Assembly (NCBI GenBank): GCA_000708835.1
Contig: DF237452.1
Location: forward strand, 3,856-67,855
DNA: 64,000 nucleotides
Source: Klebsormidium nitens
Lineage: Eukaryota > Plantae > Klebsormidiophyceae
Direction: 5' to 3'
Both the position numbers and the translations under genes were made by a program. Every line of letters begins with the position of its first letter. The stretch's first letter is position 1. Under the pieces are notes generated by a model that saw only the letters and a program-made list of their open reading frames with translations, was not told where the DNA came from and ran no database searches. Below, in pieces: positions 1-14,100 of this stretch.

Positions 1-319
1 CCTGCCAATTGTATTTGCGCTCTCCAAAGAAAAGAAAAATATACGGTCTGCTTTGATCACTGCATATTTCCTGGTTCTTGAGATGGGCACAGATGAAAAG
101 TCCGCTTGAAAAGCTGCGTAAGTCTGCGTTGGTTCATCTGGTGCCCACTATCGAACTTGCTGTTGACGATATGTGCATAGGATGTTGATTCCGGCCACTG
201 GCTTCGCAGCCGCTGTTTCATGATTGGACAAGAACCGTCTATCATACAGGACAACTTGAAGTGTTATGCAGAGCTCGTTCTCAGGGCCATTTTATAAACT
301 GCTCCCTTCTCTCTGTCAG

Positions 320-3300
320 AGATGGTGGTACCCCAAGTCGACGCTGCTGCGCTTCAGGAGCTTCAGGACATGGGCTTTGGGATTGAACGGGCAACCCGGG
401 CGCTGCACTTCTCAGGTAGGCCCCAGACATCTTGTCAAGCAGTCTTATCTACCCAGCGCAAGGTTTATTTCAAACTGAGCATAGCGAGCCTTGGGTTTTG
501 TGGCAGCTATGGGCAGATCTATCTATTTCCACACGTGAGAGACACTCTGGGGTCAGCGTGTTAGGAGGCTTTGTGCGACCCTTTAGCCTTTTGTTGGGGC
601 TGCGGGAATGGCCGCATATCCGAGTAGCTTCTGGGCCGTTTCATAGCGCGGCGGGGAATGGCCCCATATCAGAGCAGCTTTTGGGCCGATTCAGAACCAA
701 TCATGGTCTTGTTTGTGCGGCCTGGAAGCAGCGTGACGAGAGCGCCTTTGACAAGTTGTCCTGTGACATGCCTGCTGGTGACTACTTTCGAATCTTCTGT
801 ACGATCTGTGAAGAGCAGACTGTCACGATCAATCTGACGTTCAGGCAACTGACGATTTCTGTCTTTCTTATTTCTGTTGTCTCTTGTCGGGTCTTGTCGT
901 CCCCCAGTAGGAGATTCTCTGAGCAGAGCCGCCAAGGAGTCGGGTCGTTCATCTACGGACGCTGCCTTCAGAAGCAAGACGATGTGTTTTGGTTCCCTCT
1001 AATCCACCCCTTTTTTCAACGCCCCGAAAGCTCCGTATTTGAACCCCCTGATAGTGAGTACCTTGAGGGCAAAGGACGCTGAGCTTGCTTTGCTCTCTCC
1101 TTGCGGCCAGGCGGTAGCGTCGAGAGCGCCATCAACTGGGTCGTGGAGCACGAAAACGATGCTAACATTGACGAGATGCCAAAAGTAAGCAAGCTCAATC
1201 TCAGCGCCCAGAACGCTTATTGCTGTCTGGGTGCTTATTTTCAGTCACAGCTGTGTCACTCCGTTGTGCTTCTGACTTGGAAAGCGGATCAGGTCGCTCT
1301 CGAAGAATAGGGCTGTAAATCTGCACAATTACTCCCAACTGCCTATCTCGCTGTCTCTTGGCGCTTCCACCTTCCAATCAAGGAACTCCCTCTACAATCT
1401 ACTTCGTAAATAACGAGGGAACGACTCTTGCCTACGTCCTGTGTGCTGCGCTGTGCTGCGCTCTGCTTTATTGATTTACGAACTTTCGTCAAGTGTTTGA
1501 CAATGTTTTGGATAACTCAGAGAGAATAATCGCTGCAGCCTTCAAGAATGGACTTTTCTCCTTTTCTGCAGATTCCCAAGTCTCAGGACAAGAAGCCGCT
1601 CTCAAAAGAAGAGGCCAAACGCAAGGCGGCAGAGCTGGCGTGAGTACTCCCTCGAACATTCCGATTGGCATTGCGTTTACGGCTCCTCTCACAAAAGTCT
1701 ATTGAAAAGCTACATTTGAGAGTTGATCTTCTCTATCAAAAGCATTCCCGCATTGTTGCAACGCTGGAGGGGTTATTGAGACCAGGCAATAAAAGCACAG
1801 CAGGGAAGCCGCTGCAAAATTCCGGATGCTTGCTGACGTCATACTTTGTCGTGCAAGGCGAAACGGAAGCGCGCCAAAGAATAATCGCGCATCGTTGACA
1901 GCTTCGGGTCCCTTGAAATGGCTATCAGCCGATCGAAGCCCAGCACTGAAATTACTCTTGCAATCACGGCTGCTTGCTGACGTCACAGCTTGTCGTGCAG
2001 GGAGAAGGCGAAACGGAAGCGCGAGGAAGAGGAGCGTGCGCGCGAGCGTGAGCGGGAGAAGGAGCGGGTTCGAGCGGGGAAAGAGCTGCTGGAGGCCAAG
2101 CGGATCGAGGAGGCGCAGGAGAGGAAGAGGTAAGTAGCGGGGGTGGAAGACATGAGCACACCACTTTTCCTTATATTAAAGTAACACGGTTAAGATTCGA
2201 GCAATTTTTGAAATCTCGATTTTTGCTCGTTGGAGCGGATATGGGGAGGAAGAGCTGCTAAAGGCCAAGCGGAGTGAGGAGCCGCAGTAGCGGAAACGGT
2301 AAAGCAGCGAGTGAAAGACACGAGCACACTAGTTTTCCTGGTCTTACCTTCTTCTTGAGAGATACAGGTTTTGTTGAGTACGTCTCTCTTCCTGCTAGTT
2401 GGAGCGGATATGTGCGGGGGAAAAAGACCTCAGGCGGATCGAAGAGGGGCAGGAGAGGAAAGAGCTATACATGCAAGATATGGATGTTTTGGAGAAAGAT
2501 TTGAGGAAGGAGAAGAAGGCGGGTCGGGCGGTCGAGTACCTCAATCGGATATGGCTAGTATGTTCTTGATATGTTTCTGTAGCACTGCGAAAGGTCCTAG
2601 GCTCGTCGGGCTTGACTATTAACAAACCATCGAAGCAGTTTCGTTTAAGTGTTGCGACTTTGCATCTGAAGCCGCAGAGGTTCGCGAAGTGATCTGTGAA
2701 TTGTGTGAAGAGTTGGAGTGCGTACCAGGAAGCAAAGAGCTGGACGGTGAGGAAGAGTCCTCATGTTTGATCTGCATCAGAGTTTTGGTCGGTTCCTTTT
2801 GAGAGCAAAGCGGGCGGTGGGCAGGATTTGCTTACGGGATCAAGTGTTGTCGCTCTCATCTAAGACTGAAAAGAGCTGTAAGCATTTATGACAGAAGAAA
2901 ACTTCAAGCAGAGAGTCGCGCGTCGAGCTTCGATCCGCGTCTGCCTGCAGGATCATCGAGTTGAAGCGTCAGGAGAAGTTGGAGGAGCAGCGCGCGAGGG
3001 AGAAGATCAAGGCGAGGCTCGAGGAAGATAAGGTGAGCCGCAGTCCCGGCTGACGTCCAAGCCCTGATGGTCGATTGGAATTTGCCAAAAGCAGAGCTCC
3101 TGGTATGGCTCTGTAAACTGCGGCAACACTATTTGATGACGTTGAAGAGAACCAAGAGTATTTGGACCATCTGGGAGGTTGCAGAGTGTTTGTCGTTCTG
3201 TCGTTTCTGCCTCTGCTCTGAGAACTCGTGTGCCAATCCCCGTACTAAGCACGGTTTGGATCTCAAGTCCCAGCGCGCTCATGTATCTTCGTGCTATTGC

Positions 3301-5724
3301 CTCTTTGAGCGTCTCTACTTTCTTGTCGAACCCACTCCTCTTGACGTGGTGTGAAGTTTCTGGTAAGATGATGTCATCCTGACGTCATCCTTTTTCTGCT
3401 TTGCAGGCGGAGCGGCGGCGGAAAATGGGTCTGCCCCCGAAGGATCCTGAGGAGGAAAAGAAGAAAGAGGAAGAGAAGAAAGAGGAAGTCAAGAAGGTGA
3501 GTTGAAAGTCTGAACGGGTTGGGGCTTTCGCTAAGAATATCTTGGCGATTCTGCTTACCATCATTGCCTTGGAATCTGCTTTGTTTGAAAGTGTCGGAGG
3601 TAGGCGACGGGGACTGCGCAAATCCCAAACATGGAGTGTCGGATTTGCCCAAATCCCAAACATGGAGTGTCGGGTTTTTATAACGGGTGGCCAGGTGACC
3701 TATCAGCAGAGTTCGTTCAGCTTCGCTGCATTGTCTTTTGTTTACCGAGATGCTGGAGGTTGCAGCTGAGGGGGTACCCTCACACTGAAAATAGCGAGTG
3801 CAACGCGTTTCCCCCTGCCTCTTGAAACCTTTTTTCTGCGCACATACTAACTACCTTTTCTTCCCCACTATCCAGACCTCCAATCGCTGCGCATTTGCTT
3901 TCTAATATCCTTCAACCTGGAGGCTGGACCTGTCATGCTTGTCTCCTTCGTACCAGTAAAAGCTCCCCGTCGAGCCCCCTATGCGTTTGCCGCATTTCTA
4001 GATGAAATTCCTTCAAACGATCCGTTAACGCTTTTCAGCCTTTCAGTCCCCCATCTCTATCCCCGCCCTCACGATCTCCTGGTCAGTCATCACACTGCGT
4101 CAGCTTTGGGAGCCCCACGAGAATTGCTGACCCGCCCAATTCCCTGCCGCTCTCTCCACAAACCGCCTCCTGTTCCTCTTCCGAGTCTCCCGTTTCTGTG
4201 TCCATGCTTCCAAAAGCAACCACGAGTCCTCTTAGCCCCCTTCAGAATCTTTCCACTAACTTCTCAAAGAGCCCTCCGTCCATCTTGACTCCCTAAATTT
4301 GTGAGAATCAACCCTGTATCGTTTCTCTGGCAGCCGTTCGTTCCGATGCGTCCGGCCTCAAAAGCGGAACAGATGCGGAACGTGCTTCGAACCATGAAGC
4401 AGCAGCACAAAGTAAGGGCTTTTGATCTGAAGGAGTCTCACCAACTTCCTCTTTACTTATGGGTGTAGTTTCAATCTGGAGGCCGGCATTCCCCCGATGC
4501 CTCACACTTTGTGCCTCGTTAATGCCACTCCCGTCGCCACATTCTTTGTGCTTCTCTGATGCCGTGCATTTGTACCTTCTGGTACCTGACAATTCTCTCT
4601 GTTTCCAACTCCTGGTTGCTTTAAGTTTTGTTGCCTTCCTAGGCAGCTTCTTGTTGAAGCCTCCTCTTGCTCTCGCTGACACCAGAGGCTCATGTTTTCT
4701 GTGGAAGATTATCCTGTTTCCTTGCTGCAAAACTGTTCACCGATCTATGCTGACAAAGGGTTTCGATCTTGAAACGACCAGGACCAGGACGAACGGGTGA
4801 AGAAAGCGTTCCAAACACTGCTGACGTACATTGGGAACGTGGCGCGGGCGCCCGACGAGGAAAAGTACCGGACTATTCGGCTCACTAACGCAGCTTTCCA
4901 GGTACGTTTCGATTGCTATACAACGCTTTCGTAGTATGTTTGAGACACGAAGCTAGGGCGTCGCAGCGGCAACAAGAGTAAGGCGGTCGTTGTTCGTTGC
5001 TCTTCGTACACTTGAAGGAAAGGGCGTCTGGGCGCTGATGAGCAGTATCTGAGGTCAAGTCGGTGAAGGCACCGGATTGAGGAGCTTGACAGAGATTCTC
5101 CGGTGAAGGACTCTGGAGATCGGATGGAGGCTTGACGCGGAAGGAGACAGTTCCACCGACGAGTTGGGAGAATGGGTTTGGGAGACGCTTTTATATAAAA
5201 GAGATCAGCAAAACCTTCAATTGCATCATCCAAAAGTTTAAACTGAATCTCCCTCACCTAAGCCTTGCGCAATGTTGCTGGATTTTGAGCAGGCCTTCGC
5301 TTTTTGCCCGTAGTCCTCTGACATGGAGGAATCGAAATCGAAAAATCACCAGCTCCGCTTCGGGTTGAGGAGATCAGAAGGCCCTTTACGTCTGCCGCCC
5401 ACAATTGACTTCGCCATGTTTCGCCTTGCTCCTTTTACTCTCGACTGTTTAGTCTGCCGAGATAACCTCTTCACTATCCAGCCGCAATAGTCGCCGAGTT
5501 GCCGCAATCCTCGATGTCAAAGCAGCCTTGCTCATTGGTTCACGGTGCAGGATCGCGTGGGTTCGCTCGGGGGCGTTCCTTTTCTCGAGCTCCTTGGCTT
5601 TGAAAAAGACGCTGCTGGCGAGACGATCAAGCTCGATCGGAGTAAAGTAGACCAGACGCTACTAAACGCAGCCGGGAGTGAACTGAATACTGCTATTACC
5701 AATCCTTTCTTCGGAGTACTCTAG
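320..5724 (+). CDS. UBA + coiled-coil + PUB domain protein (Arabidopsis At1g04850-like); 5' exons lie upstream of the window
   Basis: Phase-consistent GT-AG exons: 320-415, 1111-1184, 1572-1639, 2001-2129, 2951-3032, 3407-3496, 4334-4411, 4782-4901, 5551-5724. Translation: [48 protein letters not shown] (UBA), an E/K/R-rich coil, then [37 protein letters not shown]...FLELLGFEK (PUB), ending NPFFGVL*. Confidence 0.93.
1827..2475 (+). repeat. Degenerate intronic copies of both ends of the exon at 2001-2129
   Basis: 1827-1875 (tgcttgctgacgtca...gtcgtgcaaggcgaaacggaagcgcg) repeats the branch point, acceptor and exon start found at 1971-2025. About 2232-2340 and 2399-2470 repeat the exon 3' end; the first of these also repeats the donor region (gagctgct..aggccaagcgg..gagcacac..ttttcc). 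Confidence 0.8.
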
Positions 5725-8700
5725 TAATCAGAACGTTTTTAGGAACTTGATATTGGAATGTGAAGGAAGCGAACTCGCACACACGCCAGTATATATCAGG
5801 GATCGACACGATCCCTGTCATACACGTCCTTTTCATTTGAGTTACCGTTTGTTGCTTTCGATCTGGGATTGCCTATCTTGATTGGGTGATGTATAGCAAA
5901 AGCAAACCTCCATACATGTTATTTGATGCACTTGCCACATTCAATACTCTGATCCCATGCGCGTCAGCGACGTGGCAGGTCTCATGACCACTGAAGAAAC
6001 GTACTGTTCAGTGAAATTTGATTCGTACCGTTCTCTCATGCAACCGTTGTTCCTTTATGTTGCCGCCGGCCATTGAATATTCAAAAAGGTCCGCGTCGGC
6101 GGGGCGAGCCGCCCGTTCTCACTTCCGAGGGCTCGCTTCCGACAAGCTACGGTATATTGCTGTTTCACGGTTAAGCGTGCGCACTGACGCAGCGCGCAGT
6201 CGATCCCGATCCAAACGTCGCGAGGCCGTTCGGGAACATGGCACGTCGCTGGCGCAAGCTGGCATCAACGCGAAACAACATTGCACCCGCGCGATTGCAT
6301 TCCGGCCGGCCTGCGAACCGGGATACAGATTGAAAGTGTGCATGAGGTTGTACGGTAGGTGATTCCCATTTTAGGGCGCCGACCAACGGGACTGAGCAGG
6401 TCTGCGAATTCAATGCCAGCGCTTGCTTGCACGCATCCGACATCGAAATGGAAGACGGTTGCTCTTCCATTAAGTTAGTAATCTGAGTAAGCCTACAGGT
6501 CGACATTGAGGCCTCTACGTAGGGCGGCGGACCTGGCACGTTATAATCTATGTTTCCACAATCCTCGGAATGCCAACACCCCGCGCACAGCTTAACATCG
6601 ACCGAATCTACAGTGATGGATCCATACTGGCTTGATCGAGACCGCATGACCAGTACAAAGCTTGCTTGTGATCCTGCTTAGCACACGGAGGCTCAATGGG
6701 TTTGGTTGTCGACCATCTTGCAACGATGCGACCAGAAATTGTTCGCCTCTTTTGCCCTGCATCGACATGGCATGACGGCACGAAAATAGGATGACGCGGA
6801 AACAAGCTCCCAAGTGCTTGCCACTTGAGGTCGACAACTGACTTGCAAGAGTCATGCTAGGTCCGTCGGTTAGAGCTCATGACGTCGGAGCACTGCAAGA
6901 ATCGTTTACTATCAAATATTCTGCCACCCCCTCCCTCAAATTGGATGCCTCACGAGCCATGACCCGTTCAACTGATGGTGCCCCGATGGTGCAAAAAGCC
7001 AGCAAGGCCAATCCGGTACCGCGGGATTACTGAACTCGATTGCATGGGTACGTGACACTGATGAAAAGGGCGGGGTCTTTGTTTAGCAACGGATCCCATG
7101 TTTCCAGTCGAGTCGGGGCTGTGAAGCGACTGCCGGAGCGCCGCTCGAAGAAAAACGCCCGCGGCCCGTGATAACATGGGGATACCAGCACGTCTAAATT
7201 TGAGTCCTTTGAACCAGTAGATCGACTTAGACTCTTGCCCGCAGACAGCTTGTAGAATGCTTCATCACTTGAAGGCATTTCGGAACCCCCGGAGAGAAAC
7301 GGCAAAGTTTTGTGGCTGAAGTGTACTTCAGGCGTGCGCGGCCTGATTGTGGGCATTGTAATCGGATTCCTCGGACTAATGGTGCCTGCGTTGTGGAGTG
7401 CCTTCACTGATTATTACTTTGTGTATCGCGGAACTTTCTCAACCCGTTGCACAAAGTTGCACATTCAGATTCCGAGCCAAGTACAGGTACCAAAGATGTA
7501 GACGTGTTCAGGTTGCTGGATACTGATTGTGGCGAAAGACACGCAACGTCAAACAAGAAATCAAATTGACCACGAAAGGGCTGGGGGACGACCAGGAGTC
7601 GCAGCGCTGCCGTTCAGATTTTGACGTCAAAAAATGGACGCTCGAGATTTTTTTTGGGCATTTGGTTAGGCACGGTTTGTCTAAACCTCGGTATCCAGAT
7701 CGGTCCTGCCGAAGCCGCGACCCCTGGCTAAACCTTGCAGACTGGAGTCTCATATTGCATCGAGCAATTTCGACCATCGCGAAGTTCTGCGGTCCGCCTT
7801 GAGTGGGAGCTGCTAGAATCATCTTTGCACACGCGGTGTGCTGTGGGTGTTGTCGTTCAGAAAGCATCAACAAAGCGCTTCACGCTTCAATCTGTCAATT
7901 GTGGCTACGGTCTAAAGATAGGCTCTTGGAATCAAACATCAAGCATTCCTTCCATCGTATCAAAAAGGGGTTGCGCCAGTGCAGGCGGACCGCTGAAAAG
8001 ATCATAAAGGCCAAGTCCTGAAAGCTCACTAGTTACACTATTGGAAATAAATAAATGACCATGATAGTTGGCCGATCCGCTGGCAGTGTTTCTAGACATC
8101 GGCGTTGACTTGACCTGAATGATTCGATCTGACTTCGACGTTGACGTAATCTGCGGTCCTTTCGTTGTCGAGAATTTCAACAACGAACAAATCCTATCAT
8201 AACTTCGAACCCGCTGAATGTCGGTGGAAGCGGCTGTTAAACGAGTCGGTGCGTTTTCTTGCGAATCAGTCCGTCAACCAGTTCAATCCGTTGCGGCGCA
8301 GCACGCTGCACAAATACGCAGGGAACTACGTGCAATTTCCTTCCGCCTTTCTTCCGTAGTATCGCTGTAGGACTCCTCTCTATGGCTGAGAAAGCTCATT
8401 CAAGTGAGAGCGCTGCTGTGGAAGAAGACGGGCGTTCTACTTTCCGACTGACTTCTTTCTACTTCCTTAATAGGAAACGAAGCCATTCCCGGAAGGAATC
8501 GTGGACAGAACTCACTTTCATCTGGAATTTAACAGTCCTTGGAGTAGTAATCCAGGGCCCGGGCCGGAATACGTCCTCTTGTCGTCGACGATCGAAGCGT
8601 CAACCCCTTTCTAAACCATCGAATCGGTGCGGTGGTTAGGACAGGTGCATCGCTTTTGACCCTTTCTCAAACCAAGGCACCGGGGGATGTTTTAATTTGA

Positions 8701-9421
8701 CGTAGTTCTCTGTTTGAGCAAATCATCTTCGATGCGTCAGAACGTGTAGAAAAGCTCCAGAGCTTTCTTTGCATAGAGCTGCACGCCCGTTCTTACTGAG
8801 GTCGTTTTGAACAGCGATTACCACTTTAGGCTGGCACTAGCAAATCAACCAGGTCTTACTTTACCGGGGTCCGGCAATGTCCTTCGAAGGATTAAATCTA
8901 TATTTCTCCCTTTGTGCTCTATAAGAATCTACTCCAGCTACTCAGCACTGAAGCAGCACGTACGCAGAGGATGCGCGTTTCCCGCTAAGCCTACTGCGGT
9001 ATTGATATTTCAAAAGCACCTCGGTAACCTCTTCCAGATTCCAAAGCCTTCCATTTTGGTTTTCCTCGAAGTCAATAGAGTGGTACTCCACTGGAACGAA
9101 AGAAAGCTTTTGATGGACCGCTCTACTAGGATATGAGTGGGTACGTCTACATGAAGACAAAAGGTTCTCGAGACGCCTAGTCAGTTCGCGTTTTTGCGGT
9201 TCTGCTGTCCACAGCAGCGCGGTAGCAAGCAACGGACTGCAGCTGCCACTAGTGATGTCGTGCTGGTTAGCAGTAGAGCAGTAGCAACTGAGAAGCTGAG
9301 ACTTGTCGAGAGCCGGTCATACCGGTTGGTGCCGCTTTTAGCCCGCTTACCAACCTACCGGTATGTAGCATGTACAGAATTGCCCTCGTATTGCCAGGAT
9401 ACGCACTGATATCGGTATCCG

Positions 9422-9458
9422 AGTACCGGTATAGGTACCTAGGTACGATACCGGTACT
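9422..9458. repeat. GTAC-rich hairpin/palindrome
   Basis: agtaccggtat (9422-9432) and ataccggtact (9448-9458) form a perfect 11-bp inverted pair around the self-palindromic gtacctaggtac. Confidence 0.85.
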
Positions 9459-11122
9459 TGATTTCCTGTGAGCACTAATGGGAGTCGACAATCACGCGAC
9501 AGATTTTCAAAGCCAGGCCACCGTTACACCCTACGACAACGCGGGCAAGCAGCTACCTGTACCTCCCACATATCTTTAGCAAGGTTTAGGGTTCTACCTA
9601 TCTACCGGCAGATTCCTCCGTAACATGGGTTAGGATTCAGGACGCTTACTGTACATGCTAGGTAGTACCGTCCGTCTTTTAAGGAGCAGAGCCCGAGCAG
9701 AGAAGACCAGTTCCACTGACTTCCGCTCTCAAGGACCTTGAAAGTTGAACCTAAACGGCTATTGATCCCATGCACACCCGGTTGAGCTGTCACCCGCTTC
9801 ACCCACCTGGTCCTAATTAAAAGGCAAGGCATCTCGAGTTTTGGAGGAAAAGCCGCAGACGTCGTATCCGACATTCTGGACGAAGTGTTCACTATTTATA
9901 AGGCAGGGGTGCGGAGCGCGTGATGTTTAGGCTAGGGTTTTCAGTACGTGTGCCCGGGGCTTCTGAATCTTTAATAGTGCTAAGTGAACACTTCCCTTGC
10001 CATACCTAATACGTATCCGGCCTGTCCGGCCCGGGCCCGACCCTCAGGAGTCAGGTACCAACCTCCACTTGACCTGAGTGGAGTACCATTCGAGTTTCGA
10101 GGCCCCGGTTGAAATGAATCGTCAATAATGTGGCCCATAAGACATGCATGCATTTACTGCTCATTCTATAATTGTAATCTGTGACCCGTGAGATTCTAAC
10201 AATTAGGTATCACGGGCGCCGCGGCGGCATTGCTACCGTAGGTACCTATTTGTGAACATTTTTGCGGTACGTACCCATAGAGTACCGCTCAATCCCAATG
10301 ATTTCGCATGTACTGGACAAATTTCGAATACTGGTAGCAATAATCAAAGCGTTTAATGCACGTGCAAGTCGGCAAATTACGTCACTGCGTCAGACTGACA
10401 AATCGGATTCGTAAGCGGCAAACCTGTAGGGCAGTGTGCAGTGTGAACACCTTGCCACTTGGTCTACTGTACCGGTACGGCGGTACTACCTACCTACAGT
10501 ACTGGTACTACCTAGGTACCTACAGTGTACAATGTTAGCCGTTGCTCTGGGCTCCCTCGGAGTCCCCTTTCAAGTTCCAATTGAAGACCGGGGATCGTGC
10601 GGTGGACTTCCCGGGAATCTTGCTAGGAGGAAATCTTGCCCTTGATCTAGGTATCGGCTTGGCCCGGCCCACATTTCCCGGTCGTTCAGATCGTATTATA
10701 AGAGCACCGCCAGTACAGCCGCAGAGCCAGATTGCAGTCTGGACTTGGGACTCTGGAGTCTGAAGTTCTGAAGTTTGAACTCTTCGAAGAGCACTGCCCT
10801 GAGCTGGTTAAAGTCTTCTGTCCAGTGCATCGGACCCGCCTTCCACACTGGGACTTGCAAATTCCCTATCCAGGCTTATACTTGGGAAGAAGTGCAAGAC
10901 AAACATGGACTAGCACAAGGGCACGGCTCAATTGAAATTGCAAAGGACGGATGGCGTAAACAAAAAGTGGCGGGTCCTTTCTTCTTGTACTATTTTCACT
11001 CAGTCTATATAAGCACTGAGAAATTGGATCAACAGACCATATAATGGGACAATAAAATGAGCTAATCTGCTGCTTGTTTTCCACTTCTCGCAACTGAGGG
11101 CTTTATAGCAAAGATTATGTTT

Positions 11123-14100
11123 TTACACTTCAACTGGAGATGGGCTCGACAGTCGGTCCATGATCTCTTGCACCACCTGCCTCACGTTGCAAGCTACAGC
11201 AACTTCGACAGAAGGCCTGCTGCACCATTGCGTCGCGGCTGCCCATCTGGCAAAACAAAACGCGCGTGCAGATGTAAGAAGCCAATTTTAATTTTGATCG
11301 TCAACAAACTGGCACATCATGGTTCACCAACAGATCACTACCTCTCCTACGACCAGAATTTTAAGTAGCACGAAGGCTCCTCGCATAAAAGCAAGACCGA
11401 AGGAGCGCATGCGACTTGACGCGTCTAAGATTCCAGAACTTTCAATAGACGTCTAAACTGATAAATATACGCCCCCACCGACTTGCTCGTAGGCAGGCAG
11501 AGTTGCTTCCTCAAACTGAGTTTGCAATCAGCACTTAAGAGCGCTGCCCATTCTTACTTCCCACGTCAAAGGGGTTCCCTTACTCAGTCAAATTCTTCCA
11601 ATGAGCTTCTGCCCGATCGTCGACAGACGGTTCTGATGATCAGGTATGCATAGAAAGCGAATATGGGTGCTGTTCATGACCGAAGGCCAACAGCGTCCGT
11701 TTCCATCGGGGTTTAGGATGCGCCCTGATCCGAAGAAAAATCGCTTCAAAATTACTTCAGAACCATGCTTCATATCCGCTTGGTTGCAGATGTCCGTGTC
11801 TGACACTCACAGATAACTTACTAAACTGCTGAAAGACAGGAGGTGCAAGGAAGGGCTGAACAGAACAGTGACGAAACGAAAGAGGACAAACATGACTCAC
11901 TTTTTGTTGCCGAAGTAGGCGAGCGTCAAGGCGCGGAAGGGGCCCTCTTCCACTTCGACGCGAACAGGGCCTTCCCGAAATGTAAATAACGACGGCTGGA
12001 TAACCGCCATCATAACGGACGGGTCATGTAGCATGATAACTGCAAACAAAATCGTAGGTCTTGAGAATGTACAAACTCGCATGTAAGAATCATCGCAAAC
12101 CGGTGTCCACGAAACGTCGCAAAGGTCGGATACCTCGGGACCTGCCTCAGGATAATTTCTTGTTAAGCAGCCAGGACAAATGTCAATTCGCGCGGGCCCA
12201 GACGTTCTAAACCGTAAAAACATAGTGCTAAGAACCCACGACAATCGCCAACGTGCCTGTTACCAGACATCCTGGAGCCTTACATGACACTGGAACAAAT
12301 TGTCTCTCAGCGGGATAATAATGCGTACATCAGAGCTTGTAGCGACCTGGTCACAGCGACGCAAATAATCACTACCAAGATGTAAGCAGGAGCAACGGAC
12401 TCGTAGTCCAGCTTCGTGGCAGCAGCCTCCTTCAAGACAAACCGCAAATAAGAGAGACAATCATAGCGGTACGTTACCCTTTACCCACAATCGACTTACC
12501 GTTTTGTTGGTAGGCTTCGACGTGGTACTTGAGGTAAAAGAGGGACGCGTTGTGTAAGTACTTCCCAAAGGGGCCGTCAGAGTCGCGCAACCGTTGAAGC
12601 TGGACCTCTGCAATCACGGATGTTGTGCTTCAGGATAAAGCACATGGGTAAAGCGGGAACGATACATGTTTTAAATAGTAAAAAAGAACACAGGCATGAA
12701 AACAGGATTTAATTTTTAAGATTAAAGCTATTTATTTAAAACATAAAGTTATTTTTAATTAAGGTAAAATTAAGCCTTACCCTCAAATTTGGTAACGTTT
12801 AAGATTTCCACATGACGCTGATTGTCGTTTACGGGGGGAAATGATAGCACCAATGCTCGATCCAGATAAGCAGTCGCTTCGCACAACTTCCATCCTCCTC
12901 ATGTCTCTAGAGGTCGGATGAGGCGAAGCTGGGTCTCTGAGAATGAGGTGGCCTTATTCCCGTCGTCGACAAGAATTCCGCCTGGTTTCTTGTGGGGAGG
13001 GGTAGCCTCAGATGATCAAGCGGGATCCTAACGACCGAGTCGGGTCACAAGTCTCAAAACACGCTGGATAAAAGTGGTAATGGAAGTCGGACAGCAGCCT
13101 AGGCGCTCTAAATTCCAAACTTGGCGTTGGGTCCTGTTGAAAACATCCGCTGATTCTGTTCAGTCACGCAGTAAGACTCTCTAGTCCAACCCTCTCTGTT
13201 TCTCCGCTCTGAGACTCCGAGCAGACACTGCACCCTTTGCCGTTACACCTCCAGTCACAAGGCTTTCGTAGTCTAAACCTTGCACTGGTTGTCAGCCCAC
13301 TCAATGACATGTTCCGTCCGAGCAGTAACATAACTTTCGAACCCTCTGACGTTTTGTGTGTAGTCACGAGGCTTCTGTCGGTATTGAAACCATTTAAACT
13401 CTCTGCTTACCCACCTGTCATTAGTATGTTTCGTGTCACGTCCAGACCGATGACCTTAATGGGCGCGCCACAGCCGAAAACAAGGTCGGCCGCCTCCGGA
13501 TCGCCCAGAATCTGTCACCAAAACACGGAAGAAGTTAGTTCACCGCCATCTCCGTTTGTCTTAGTGGCTCGTGGTAGAGTTCCGTCTTCTTTGACTGCGT
13601 TCTCCTTAGTGTCTCCGTAGAGACGTATTACAGCAACTGCTGACCCGACCAATTTCTTAGCAGTGCTTCAAAACAATGAAGGGCCAACATATCTGACGAA
13701 AGAACAATTAGTACGACCACGATCGGCCCTAATAATGTCGACCGGAGAAAAGGCTGCAAAGCAAGACCTCCAGAGTGCAACACACAAAAGCCTCGGTTCC
13801 CTGAACCGAGGGTGACAAGCACAAAGAAAACCTTGTTGAAAGATCGACCCAAAGACTCACGTTCGCTTCCGCCGCCGGATTTACATTCCCGTTCGAGAGG
13901 AAGGCCCCTCCCAATATGACAATCTCCCCAACGTTGGATGCAAAATTAGGGTCAAGCAGAACCGCCTGCGCTAGGTTGGTTAACGGCCCCAGGGCGACTA
14001 TGGTTATCTCCCGAGGGTTTTTCTTGACCACGTCAACTAGGTACTGAGCGGCCGAGCCCGTTAGGGCCTTTCCAACGGGGGGTCGGGGCCACGTGTTTCC

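Noticed and set aside
432-1082. 216-aa ORF in PUB intron 1
   Set aside because: It lies within a GT-AG intron, has no recognisable motifs and looks like a chance ORF.
11109-11456. Apparent + strand zinc-finger-like exon (CTTC...LLHHCVAAAH) with a plausible donor
   Set aside because: It is the antisense shadow of the last nucleoside hydrolase exon (11246-11123), which matches the family C-terminus.
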